Positions 19,166-29,900 of a DNA stretch of 55,797 nucleotides are shown in pieces. This stretch comes from a virus (taxonomy: Duplodnaviria; Caudoviricetes), in the IMG/VR virus record IMGVR_UViG_3300018410_000011, positions 1 through 55,797 of that record; one strand, given 5' to 3'. Position numbers and translations under genes: made by a program. The notes beneath the pieces are model-generated. The model was not told the origin of the DNA. It was given only the letters and a program-made list of their open reading frames with translations, and did no database searches. The first letter of the stretch is position 1, and each line of letters opens with the position of its first letter.

Positions 19166-20526
19166 TAACTGAATTTAAAAAATATTTACTAAATGAATCC
19201 ACAAAATTTAAAGAAAGTGAATATGATTTAGTAATAGTGGATGTACAAGAAGGATTTAAGAAATTTTTTGGTGAAGAGTATTTATTAGCATTAGAAGAAT
19301 ATTGTGAAAATTTTACAAGAGTTTTTCAAATATTTGATACTAATAATACAAATCACAGTGATTATATATTTCCAAATCAAACATTAGAAATAGAAAAAAC
19401 GTATGGTGGTCAATTAGATGAAGAAGATATAGATTATTTATTTACTGAACCTATGCGAGATTATGTTAGATCTAAAATGAATAATTTACAAGAACGTGAC
19501 ATTTTCGAAACAATAAATGGAGATTATTATGTATATGTTGATGCCGCACATGAATGGTTTTTTTGTACAAAAGAAATGGCAGATTTATTTAAAAAATTTA
19601 AATCTGAAAATAGAAAAATTATGTTAGTTGGTGGTGCTGGTGGATCTAAAAAAAATCCTAAAGGTGAATGTTTACGAGATATTTATGTTACATTAAAAGC
19701 ATTTGGAGTTGATACAAGATATAATTTAGATTATGTTTATTCAGCAGATGGAAATATGTTTAAATCAAATATTAAAGGCGTTCCGTTAACAGACGAACAA
19801 CGAAATAAAGTAAAATCTACTAATGAAAATTACAATAATGATGATATAATTAATTTAAAAACTTTTGATTTTACTACTTTATTTAATACTATAAATAAAG
19901 AGTGTTTTAATTCTTCTTTATCTATAATTCCTATCAAATTTTCTACTTCTAAATCATACACTGCACAATTTGTTAGACCACGTTATCCTAAATATGATGG
20001 AACTGATAAAGAATATTTTGTTTTTTCTACTTTATTTGAAATGACATATAAAAAATTAAAAAATGTGTTAGCGCATGAAATGATACATTATTATTTGTAT
20101 GCTATTATGGATAGAGATAAATCACATCATGGATATTCTTTTCAAAATAAAATGAATTCTATTAATAATTTAAATTTAGGATATATCATAACATTAAAAG
20201 ATGATGAACCAAGTAATGTATCAGAAGAAAATTTAAATAAAAAGTTACAAAAAAAGAAATTTATAACATATAAAATAAAAGGACAAAACGGATATTCTTT
20301 AATAAACGAAATTACATTTATTAAAGATAAAGCTAATTTTTTAAGTAAAAGAACAATGTATGGTGTTACAGATATAAAAGTGTATGATACATCATCAGCA
20401 CATTATAAAGTATTATCTGGATCTACAACAAAAATAAAATTATCAATAATAAAACCACAATATCAATATTTAATAGACAATATTATTAATGATACAAAAA
20501 ATACAAAATTTTTATATAATTTATGA
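19162..20526 (+). CDS. MITEFK-leader protein: isochorismatase-like domain plus SprT-like zinc metalloprotease
   Basis: LVIVDVQ and LVGG...ECL; then LAHEMIHY...HHGYSF. Confidence 0.7.
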   Translation: MITEFKKYLLNESTKFKESEYDLVIVDVQEGFKKFFGEEYLLALEEYCENFTRVFQIFDTNNTNHSDYIFPNQTLEIEKTYGGQLDEEDIDYLFTEPMRDYVRSKMNNLQERDIFETINGDYYVYVDAAHEWFFCTKEMADLFKKFKSENRKIMLVGGAGGSKKNPKGECLRDIYVTLKAFGVDTRYNLDYVYSADGNMFKSNIKGVPLTDEQRNKVKSTNENYNNDDIINLKTFDFTTLFNTINKECFNSSLSIIPIKFSTSKSYTAQFVRPRYPKYDGTDKEYFVFSTLFEMTYKKLKNVLAHEMIHYYLYAIMDRDKSHHGYSFQNKMNSINNLNLGYIITLKDDEPSNVSEENLNKKLQKKKFITYKIKGQNGYSLINEITFIKDKANFLSKRTMYGVTDIKVYDTSSAHYKVLSGSTTKIKLSIIKPQYQYLIDNIINDTKNTKFLYNL

Positions 20527-21107
20527 TAACGACGATAAATGAATTTAAATTAAATATATCAGAATCCGTTCAAAAATATGATTTAGATGCTATATTAAAT
20601 ATAGCATTAACATATAAAGATGATGAGTATTATTTTTATAAATATGCTGATGAAACTAATGATGATATAGATAATATAGATGACGAAAGTGATGAATATA
20701 TATCATGGTACAAAGAAGAAATTGAATATATAATAGAAAATATATATTTTTTAATGAAAAGTAATTATTCTTCACCTGGTTTAGTATATAGAAAAATAAC
20801 TGTTAATGAAAATTGGTTTAATAATTTAAAATCTGGTGATAATTTAGGAATATATTGGACATATGATGAAAACTCAGCAGAATCACATTGGTCAAAAGAA
20901 GATATTGAAGTTTTATTAATAGCTGAAATTGATTCATCAAATATAGATTATAAAAATACATATTTAGCACATATAATACCTTATACTGGCGAAGACGAAA
21001 AAGAAATAAGATTATTAAAAAATACAGAAATTAATATTAAATCTATAATTATAAAAGATGAAGAACAAGATTTATCTAAATTTGAAAATACAATATTTAA
21101 AGCTTAA
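20523..21107 (+). CDS. MITTINEFK-leader protein, putative ADP-ribosyltransferase-like fold
   Basis: LVYRKI...LGIYWT...EDEKEIRL. Confidence 0.55.
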   Translation: MITTINEFKLNISESVQKYDLDAILNIALTYKDDEYYFYKYADETNDDIDNIDDESDEYISWYKEEIEYIIENIYFLMKSNYSSPGLVYRKITVNENWFNNLKSGDNLGIYWTYDENSAESHWSKEDIEVLLIAEIDSSNIDYKNTYLAHIIPYTGEDEKEIRLLKNTEINIKSIIIKDEEQDLSKFENTIFKA

Positions 21108-21748
21108 TGATAACAACGATAAATGAATTTATGATTAATGAAACATATTCTAAATTAGAATTTGAAAATATACATTTAGATTATCATAATCAACAAAACT
21201 GTTATAAAATGAATGCTAAATTAAATGGTGAAATTGTAGCATATTGTGATTATACAGAGTATAATGGTATTTATCAAATAAGTATGATAGAATCATTAGT
21301 TAAAGGCCAAGGATATGGTAAAGCTATAATGATGGAATTAGCTAGATTATATGGATATAAGAATATAGAACGAAATAATTTAACTCCTGATGGTCAAAAA
21401 TTACGTAATAAAGTTGATAATGAATTAGGTTTTGATTACACCGAGTATAAAAAATCATTAAATAAACATTTATCTAATGAAGAATCAATAGATAAAATAA
21501 GAATTAAATATCCTTTATGTGCTGATTTTATGTCTGAAATTATATTATTTGATTATAGTGACACATGGTTAAAATGGAAAAATAATAATAAAATAAAAAA
21601 TATAGAACAAGAATTACAAAATACAGATATAGATATAAATGATTTATCAGATATAACAGAATGGATAAAAAATTCAGCGACAAATAATAATTCTACTACA
21701 GAATCTGTTCCAGATTATATTTTAGAATATATTCAAAAATTATCATAA
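21107..21748 (+). CDS. MITTINEF-leader protein with GNAT-like domain
   Basis: ISMIESLVKGQGYGKAIM resembles the acetyl-CoA-binding motif A. Confidence 0.6.
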   Translation: MITTINEFMINETYSKLEFENIHLDYHNQQNCYKMNAKLNGEIVAYCDYTEYNGIYQISMIESLVKGQGYGKAIMMELARLYGYKNIERNNLTPDGQKLRNKVDNELGFDYTEYKKSLNKHLSNEESIDKIRIKYPLCADFMSEIILFDYSDTWLKWKNNNKIKNIEQELQNTDIDINDLSDITEWIKNSATNNNSTTESVPDYILEYIQKLS

Positions 21749-21793
21749 TTTTTTTAAACTTTTTAATATATAATAATAAAAAACAATTATATT

Positions 21794-22840
21794 ATGGAAT
21801 ATATTAATGTATATAATTTTTTAAATTATTTTAAAAGACCTGGTGATAAGAGATTAGCTAGAATAGGACATGTTAATGAAGTTATTGAAAAAATTAATGA
21901 AGGTGGTTCTGGTGGTGGTTCTGCTGGTGTAATAGAAAATACGTATGAGGAATTAACTATATTAAAATCAAATAATGAATTAATTCCTGGAGCATTATAT
22001 AAAATAACAGACTTCCAAACAATTTATGACCAACCAGATTATACAAGTGGTGGTTCTTTAAAAGGTACATTAGTAACTAAAACAGCTAGTATTGATCCTA
22101 TAATTTTATTTGCAATATCTAATAACGAATTTCATATCACAGCATATAGACCAAGTACACCAAATCATAAAATAGAATTTGATTTTGATTTTAATCAAAC
22201 TGAAATAATGTCAGCTCCAGCTAAAGGTAGAATTAGTTCTTTAATAGACGAATTTGATAATCATACTAATTATGATCATTCAGTAGTTCTTTTAAAAAGA
22301 TATGAAACAGTAAGTGGTTCTGGAATTTATAATTCATATAAAGACACTGGTTTTGGTTCAGTTGAAGTAAATACATTTGGAACAAATTGTAATAACAATA
22401 CAATGTATTATAAAGTTACTTCTGGTATTTTAATTTCAAATAATACATTTGGAGATAATTGTTTTGGAAATTCATTTAGAAATAATTGTCGAAATAATTC
22501 ATTTAGAAATTATAGTGTTATTAATATATTTGGATATAATTGTTTTGGAAATTCATTTGGAAATTATTGTAATACTAATTCATTTGGAAATGATTGTCAA
22601 TATAATTCATTTGGTGAAGATTGTTATAATAATACATTTGGAAATGGTTGTAGTAGTAATACAATTGTAGATAGTTGTCGATTTAATGATTTTAAAAAAT
22701 CACAAAGTTTGAATTATACAACGGCAACTCATATTTACACTGATTATACTTGTACTATTTCGGTAAGACTGGATGGAACATATATATTACAGTATATTAA
22801 CAATAGTGATGTTCAAGTGATAGTAGCAGCGAATGCATAA
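21794..22840 (+). CDS. putative tail fibre/spike protein with 11-aa beta-helix repeats
   Basis: NxFGxxCxxNxFG repeats at about 22440-22680; late motif upstream. Confidence 0.6.
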   Translation: MEYINVYNFLNYFKRPGDKRLARIGHVNEVIEKINEGGSGGGSAGVIENTYEELTILKSNNELIPGALYKITDFQTIYDQPDYTSGGSLKGTLVTKTASIDPIILFAISNNEFHITAYRPSTPNHKIEFDFDFNQTEIMSAPAKGRISSLIDEFDNHTNYDHSVVLLKRYETVSGSGIYNSYKDTGFGSVEVNTFGTNCNNNTMYYKVTSGILISNNTFGDNCFGNSFRNNCRNNSFRNYSVINIFGYNCFGNSFGNYCNTNSFGNDCQYNSFGEDCYNNTFGNGCSSNTIVDSCRFNDFKKSQSLNYTTATHIYTDYTCTISVRLDGTYILQYINNSDVQVIVAANA

Positions 22841-22914
22841 AAAATACTTTAGTAGTGGTAGCACCAACAGTTTAAAAAATAATAATCGGTAACTATTCGT
22901 AAAAAATAATTCAT

Positions 22915-22958
22915 AAAAAAAAAACATAAAATATTAAATATTTTATGTTTTTTTTTTT
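22915..22958. terminator. AT-rich hairpin, possible terminator
   Basis: A-tract CATAAAATATT.AATATTTTATG T-tract. Confidence 0.55.
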
Positions 22959-23025
22959 AAACTTTTTAATTAAAATATTATATAATATATATAAAAAATA
23001 ATTAAAAAGAATAAAAGGAAAAATT

Positions 23026-24024
23026 ATGGCAGATGTATTTAATTTAGACGAATCAGCAGAAGTAAGCTCATGGTCAGAATCAAAAAAAGTAAACAATGAT
23101 GGTCTTTTAAGACCGAAATTAGAAGAAGGAAAAGATGGTAAACGTGAATTAACTATTCGATTTTTACCAAATATGATTTCAGAAAATCAATTAGGTCCAA
23201 CAGCAATTGAAAAACATATTCACTATGCAAATTTCAAAAATAATCCAGAATTACAAGGATATTATGACTGTTTAAAAAACACAAATATTGGAAAAGATTG
23301 CCCATTATGTAAAACATTTTGGTTATTGAAAAATTCTAATAATCCAGCAGAACAAGAAAAAGCAAAATTAATAAGTAGAAATACAAAATACTATTCATAT
23401 GTATTAGTAGTAGATGATGAACAAGTTCCAGAAAACGAAGGAAAAATCTTTATTTTCCCATTTGGATTTAAAATCTACGAAAAAATTAAAGCAAAATTAG
23501 AAGCTAAAAAACGTCCATTTAAAGTAGAAGATTTAATTAATGGTGCTGACTTTAATTTAGTTATTAAAGAAGTAGCAGGTTTTTATAATTATGATTCTTC
23601 TGAATTTGATACACCAGAACCAATTACTATTAATGGTAAAATGTTAAAAGTAAATGATGATGGAACTATTGATAAATCAGAAAGAAAACGAGTAATTGAA
23701 TTCTTATTATCAAGAGAACACACATTAGAAGAATTCTTACCTCAAGATTGGACGCCAGAACAATATGATAAAGTGGAAAAAATTATTTCTGTATTATCAG
23801 GACAAGCATATACTGGACAATCTAGTAATAACAACACAACAACACCATTAAGTACATCATCTGTATTTTCTGATGATGATGATGATGATGATGAAGTGGT
23901 AGTAACGAAAACTAGAAAAACTAAAGTTGTAGAAGCAGTAGAAACAGAAGAAGAAGAAGCACCACAAGCTTTGAAAGCATCTAAGAAAAGAGCTGCACAA
24001 TTTTTTGATGACGATGAAGATTAA
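23026..24024 (+). CDS. single-stranded DNA-binding protein (T4 gp32-like)
   Basis: IRFLP, C..CPLC, YYSYVLVVDD..PENEGK, GADFNL, NYDSSEF, acidic tail. Confidence 0.9.
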   Translation: MADVFNLDESAEVSSWSESKKVNNDGLLRPKLEEGKDGKRELTIRFLPNMISENQLGPTAIEKHIHYANFKNNPELQGYYDCLKNTNIGKDCPLCKTFWLLKNSNNPAEQEKAKLISRNTKYYSYVLVVDDEQVPENEGKIFIFPFGFKIYEKIKAKLEAKKRPFKVEDLINGADFNLVIKEVAGFYNYDSSEFDTPEPITINGKMLKVNDDGTIDKSERKRVIEFLLSREHTLEEFLPQDWTPEQYDKVEKIISVLSGQAYTGQSSNNNTTTPLSTSSVFSDDDDDDDEVVVTKTRKTKVVEAVETEEEEAPQALKASKKRAAQFFDDDED

Positions 24025-24040
24025 AAAATTTAATTTAATT

Positions 24041-24076
24041 AAAAAAAACCATTACTAATGTAATGGTTTTTTTTTT
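24041..24076 (+). terminator. intrinsic terminator
   Basis: CCATTAC-taat-GTAATGG followed by a T-tract. Confidence 0.8.
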
Positions 24077-24108
24077 AAACTTTAATAAAAAAAAATAATA
24101 TAATAATT

Positions 24109-25053
24109 ATGGAACAAATTTTAAATAAAAAATATATTAGAAAAAATAGTATAAATTCTGATATATTTATACCTATTAATATAAATGATCAAGATATACA
24201 CTTTTCTAATGGCGCCATAGGTAACATAAATTCATTTATGAATGATTTTGAAGAATATAAAGAACAAATAACTGAATCATTAGAGTTAGATCCAAATAGT
24301 TTTTTTAATACTCCTACAAATGATCAAAAACTTTTAAATGATGTTGAAAGTATAGCAAAAAATCCTAGTGCTAAAATAGGTATGAGTCAAAAATATCAAG
24401 AAGAATTACAAAATCAACCATCATTTTTAAATTATAATAATACAAATAATAATACAGAAGATACTGAAATTAATTATACAGTACAAGAAAATACATCTAT
24501 ACTAAATAAAGTAAAACCTTCTAATAGATTACCAGAATATGATGTTTTCGATCGTATTAAAAAATCAGAAGAAATTGAAATACTTATACCATTTACAATT
24601 AAATTACCACGAGCTGAAAAAATTGATGCGATAAATGATATGTTTGAAACATCACTAACAGATTATTTATCTAAAATGTATATAGAAGATAATATTTCTA
24701 AAAATTCTAAAAAATTACAAAAATTAATTAAAGATTCAATAGAAGAATGGGTTGAAAAAGAATTATATAGTAATAAAAAACCTAGAAAAGTACGAAAAAA
24801 TAAAGTTCAAGAAGTAGAAAAAGTTCAAGTAGAAAAAGTTCAAGAAGAAAATATTCCAATAATTGATGATATTTCTGTTTTTACTACACCTATTAAAAAA
24901 TGGGATAAAGATTTGAAAAAATTATTTGTAATAACAACTGAAGAACAATTTATTGAAGTAGAAAAAGAATATAATAGACTGAAAGATAATAATATAATAA
25001 ATGTTGATTTTGACAAATATGAAGATATGATTTTTCAATATAAAAATAAATAA
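24109..25053 (+). CDS. hypothetical protein
   Basis: 314-aa ORF. Confidence 0.7.
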   Translation: MEQILNKKYIRKNSINSDIFIPININDQDIHFSNGAIGNINSFMNDFEEYKEQITESLELDPNSFFNTPTNDQKLLNDVESIAKNPSAKIGMSQKYQEELQNQPSFLNYNNTNNNTEDTEINYTVQENTSILNKVKPSNRLPEYDVFDRIKKSEEIEILIPFTIKLPRAEKIDAINDMFETSLTDYLSKMYIEDNISKNSKKLQKLIKDSIEEWVEKELYSNKKPRKVRKNKVQEVEKVQVEKVQEENIPIIDDISVFTTPIKKWDKDLKKLFVITTEEQFIEVEKEYNRLKDNNIINVDFDKYEDMIFQYKNK

Positions 25054-25064
25054 ATAAATAAAAC

Positions 25065-25439
25065 ATGGTAATAGATAATATTTACATATTAGAAACAAAA
25101 AGAATTTTAGATAATTTTAATTACATTTTTAATGAAATTTCAAATTATGAAAAAACATTAATAGATAAAAAAAATAAGATGTTAAACATCAAAAAAGAAT
25201 TATCTGTTATAAATAAATCTAATAAAGATGATTTATTTAAAGAACAAGAAATATTTAAATTAATAGACACATATAATTTAGAAATTTCGAAAATAGAAAA
25301 AGAAATAAGTCCATTAATAGAAAAAATAGAATTAACAAAAAAAGAAATAGCTATTTTATATAATACAATTATTGAAAAATATTCAGATTATACAGAAGAA
25401 GAAATTAAAGAAGCAATAAAAATCCAATTAGAAAATTAA
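25065..25439 (+). CDS. hypothetical coiled-coil protein
   Basis: 124-aa E/K/I-rich ORF. Confidence 0.6.
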   Translation: MVIDNIYILETKRILDNFNYIFNEISNYEKTLIDKKNKMLNIKKELSVINKSNKDDLFKEQEIFKLIDTYNLEISKIEKEISPLIEKIELTKKEIAILYNTIIEKYSDYTEEEIKEAIKIQLEN

Positions 25440-25451
25440 TTGGATTTTTTG

Positions 25452-26924
25452 TTATAAATAATTTATAGTAAAATCAAATTTATAATCACAATTTACTTCA
25501 ACCGCATATCGTCTAGCTTTTAATAAAGGACCTTCTGTTGCACTAAAATCCCATATAATTTCTTCAATAAGTGTATCATTATATATTTCAGTTAATTCTG
25601 GTGTACCTACTGATGTATATGTAGTACCACTACCTGTGCTTATATAATAATGTTTAACTTCATATACAGCGTATTTTGTAGATAATGGTAATTTTATAAA
25701 TAATTTACCAATTATACAAAACATACCATCTATTAATGGTAAATGATTTGTGATATTAAATAAAGTTGTTAATGTTTCATCTATAAATGAATTTTTTGAT
25801 ATGTTTTTATAATATTTTTTTTCTAATTCTACTAAACCATCATCTTGTACTGATATTTTAATATTTTTAGATACCATTTCTAATATTGTAGGTTTATATT
25901 GTGTATATGAATATAGATTTCCTATATATAATGAACCAACACCATCAGATTTGACTATAGCAAACATATTACTACCTCCATAATTATGATTTATATTAAT
26001 TCCTGTTTGTGTTATTTCAAAATACATTTTTTCATCATTTGTATCTTGGTCATTAATTATATAAACTAATTTACTTCCATTCGTATTATGTACTAATGGA
26101 TCATATATTGCAAAATTACTTCTTTCATTATAATATGGATTAACGTCATTTAAAGTATTTATTTTAAAATCTATTTTATTAGATAATATTTCATTTGATA
26201 TAATTTGTCTACCAGCATTATCATATATACTATATAAATAAGATTCATAATCATGTATAATTTTAGATCCTCTTGAGCCTGTATTTTTACGAATAAATGT
26301 TGTTTTATTGGATAACAAATCAGATTTAAATTCTTCATGAATACCTGCTGCATCTAATTTATAATATCCAGCGTATGCTTCTTGTCCGTAATATAATAAT
26401 GATTCTGTTTCAGATAAATTTAAATTTGTATTATGTCCATTATCTAAATTTCTATATGCTAATAAAATGTCAGATTGTCCAATACTTGCACCACCAATAA
26501 TTATATTATTATATATCCCAGATGTTGGTGGTGTAGTTAAATCATATATATCTCCTAAATTTATAAAATTTGGTGCTGAAACTGGTGTATTTAATCCAAA
26601 TAATATACCAAAAGTACTATTTGGATTATAAATTCCTTGTTGTCTATTTATTAATATATCATTAGAACCTGTTAAATTACCTAAAACTAAAGTTTGTGCT
26701 AATGTTTGATCGCCACCAGAACCTACTAATGAATTTAACCACGCTACTTCATCACCAACAAAACCATTATTTACTGCTATTTCATACGCTGATAATCCTG
26801 TACCATTATTTAATAAATTAGTAATAGCTTTTAATAATTCATTTAATAATGGACCAGTAATTTTTTTTTGTCCATTTGAAATTATATAATTATTTATAAA
26901 ATCTAATATTTCTTGTTTGTTCAT
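25452..26924 (-). CDS. putative virion structural (tail-associated) protein
   Basis: ISNGQKKITG, GLSAYEIAVNNGFVGDEVAWLNSL and QTLAQTLVLGN motifs typical of tail-fibre proteins; late motif. Confidence 0.6.
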   Translation of the reverse strand: MNKQEILDFINNYIISNGQKKITGPLLNELLKAITNLLNNGTGLSAYEIAVNNGFVGDEVAWLNSLVGSGGDQTLAQTLVLGNLTGSNDILINRQQGIYNPNSTFGILFGLNTPVSAPNFINLGDIYDLTTPPTSGIYNNIIIGGASIGQSDILLAYRNLDNGHNTNLNLSETESLLYYGQEAYAGYYKLDAAGIHEEFKSDLLSNKTTFIRKNTGSRGSKIIHDYESYLYSIYDNAGRQIISNEILSNKIDFKINTLNDVNPYYNERSNFAIYDPLVHNTNGSKLVYIINDQDTNDEKMYFEITQTGININHNYGGSNMFAIVKSDGVGSLYIGNLYSYTQYKPTILEMVSKNIKISVQDDGLVELEKKYYKNISKNSFIDETLTTLFNITNHLPLIDGMFCIIGKLFIKLPLSTKYAVYEVKHYYISTGSGTTYTSVGTPELTEIYNDTLIEEIIWDFSATEGPLLKARRYAVEVNCDYKFDFTINYL

Positions 26925-26948
26925 AATATTATATATTAATAAATTATA

Positions 26949-29900
26949 CTAAATATAAAAATCATCATTATAATCGTCATTATAATCACCTAAATTAATA
27001 ATATAATTATTGATGTTATTATCATTAGAGTTTGGAATTATATACGATTTAGTCATTTTTTTTGTATTCGAATATCCAGAATGCCAAAATACTTCTACTA
27101 TAAAATATGGGTCTATATTTTGATTTATTGAAAATGATACAGGATCAAGATCGTTTTTAGAAGATCTTAAAATTTGTGTATTTTGTAATTTATCTAATGT
27201 TGTTATTTCCCATATATTATTAATACCAGGTTCATCTGTTGGTGAAGATGTAACATTATTAATCCAAATATTATTGTTATGAAATAATATAGTTTCTGGT
27301 AAATATGTAATATTATTCCATTTAGATAAATTAAATGTTTTAATTACATAATCGAACCAAATATCTTCTGAATTAGTATTAGTACTAATAAATTGTACAG
27401 ATATATTATATAAATTAGAACCTTGTGATATTGGCTGAAGATAACCTGTTACATGAAATGATATAGCATCACTGTATTCTTCGGTTCTAAAATTTTTAGT
27501 CATATATGATTCGTGTTCTAATATAAAATTATTTTGTATTTTATATTTACCATTAATATCTAATATTTTTGTGCCTATAGGTATAATATTTTCAGTTAAC
27601 CAACGTTTTAATCCTAATAATTTAACTTTAACTTCTTCTAATGAATAAGCATTTATAAAATTTCCATTATCATCAGTAATTTTATAATTTAATGAAAATA
27701 AATTAGTTTTTCTAAATCCTTGATTTCTATAATTTTCATATGCTAAATTAGAATATAAATATTCAGTAGAGTCTTTTGTTAGTAAATTTAATAATTCTAA
27801 ATTAAATAATTTTCCAAATTTACTATTTTCTGGATCTATATTTTGAAAATATTCTGTAAACGTCAAATCATTATATCCAAAAAAGTTAATTGCATATATT
27901 ACACTTTTATAACTAGCTAAATAATTAAATATTTCTGGGTATATTTCTATTAATTCTTTACGTTTTCTATTCATTAATACCCAATCAATACCATTTTCAT
28001 TTATATCTACTTCTTTAAAAATAAAATAATCTTGTAATTTTAAAATATTTAAATTTTTATTGTTAATATTTATTTCATGTCTAATATCAACTCCTTCAGT
28101 TTCACCATATAAATCAAAATATGCTATTTGTTTTGGTAAAACTGATATATTTACGTTTAATAATCTATTTACATATAATAAATTACCATTAATATCATAA
28201 AATGGTAAAGTATTTTTAACTACAGATTTAACACTTGTCTCTTCTATAACATTTTCTTCAAATACTAATTTATTTAAATATATTTCTTTTATTGTATAAT
28301 CTATACCATTATTACTTAATTTTCCTAATAATTGTCCATCTGAACTTGTATCATTAGATGAAAATTGTATAATTTGTCCTGTTTTAAATCCTAAAGAAAT
28401 AAAATCTATAGTATTTGTAGAAAATTGTATTTCTACATAATTATCTTTAAAAATAAATAAATCATCATACGAAGATCCAACACTTGTTGTAGTTAAAGAA
28501 AAAACAACATCTTCTATTTTTTCTAAATATAATCTAGCATTAGTCCATCCTTCATTTAATGTATTATAACCTATAAATATTTGCATAGGATCTGGTTCTA
28601 ATTGATTATTTGTTATATTAGAATTAATATAAGGTATGTCAAAAGTTATCGTATCAAATATTGTTTGTTGTTTATATGGATTAGATATTTCATTAATATC
28701 AGTATTAGGTTTATAATTTAATGTAATATCATATTCACCGTTTTCACCACATAATGGTGTTATACCATTATAATTTGGAAAATATTCAGTATAAGGTTGT
28801 AATTGTGTACCACTAAAATCATATAAAAACATATCATTAATTTGTGTATCTTTCCAAGTCCACTTATATTTAGTTTGAACATTAATTCCATCTAAACCAG
28901 ATTTAGGATAACGTATAAAAAAATCAGATTCAATATCTAAATCTAATAAAGAAATATTCCAAAATGGACCTTGATATGATAATGAAATAATATTTTCTGT
29001 TAAACCAATAATATTAAACGATTTATTTTGTGAAATATATGTTGAACCATTAATACTAATTTTTTGTCCAACTGAATAATAATCTAAAAAATTATATAAT
29101 CCAGGTGCACAAATAATTTCATTTCCAGAAATTACACTACCACTATAATTTATAGCGTGTAATGTTTCTAAAATAGATAAATCACCGGATTTTGGTATAT
29201 AACCAATATTATAAAATATATCTAATTGTCTTTCAGGATCTAATATATTAATAAAAATAATCGTATTAGATACAGAAATAATGATACCTAACAACTTTAA
29301 TTCTTCATACCATGTATTATACCAATCTAAAATAGTTTGTGCGTCAGATGTGTTATATGGAACAATATAATCTACTTCATTAATATTTATTAATAATTGT
29401 GATTTAATATTTGTAATATTTATATCTAAATATTTAATATCATAAATAGTTCCATCACCAAATAACATATTTAAATAAACAGGTATATTAGGATATGTAT
29501 TTGTTAAAGTTAATACATTTAAAGTTGAACTTATATTAATTCCTAAATTAAATAATTCTGTTTGATATGTAGAAACAAAATCATTTATTGTTGTATCAAT
29601 GTCTGTATTAAATGGTACATAATAATTTTTAGAATTAATATTAATTTTAATTCCAAAATTATCTATATTATAAAATTCAATAATACGTGTATATAAATTA
29701 GAATCTTTTTTTAATAATTCTAATTCTTTTAATGGTTCTTGTACATATAAAGGTGTTACATCATAAATTGTTGTATTTATTGATGTTGTATAATCCGTAA
29801 TTACATTATTTATATTTATTATAGATAATGATATTGTACTATAATTATCTGTAAATATTGAAATTAAGTCTAATGAATTATCTTCTTTGTTATATTCTAA

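Noticed and set aside
22841-22915. Possible tRNA or ncRNA in a slightly GC-richer spacer
   Set aside because: No cloverleaf, T-loop GTTC or convincing stem was found.
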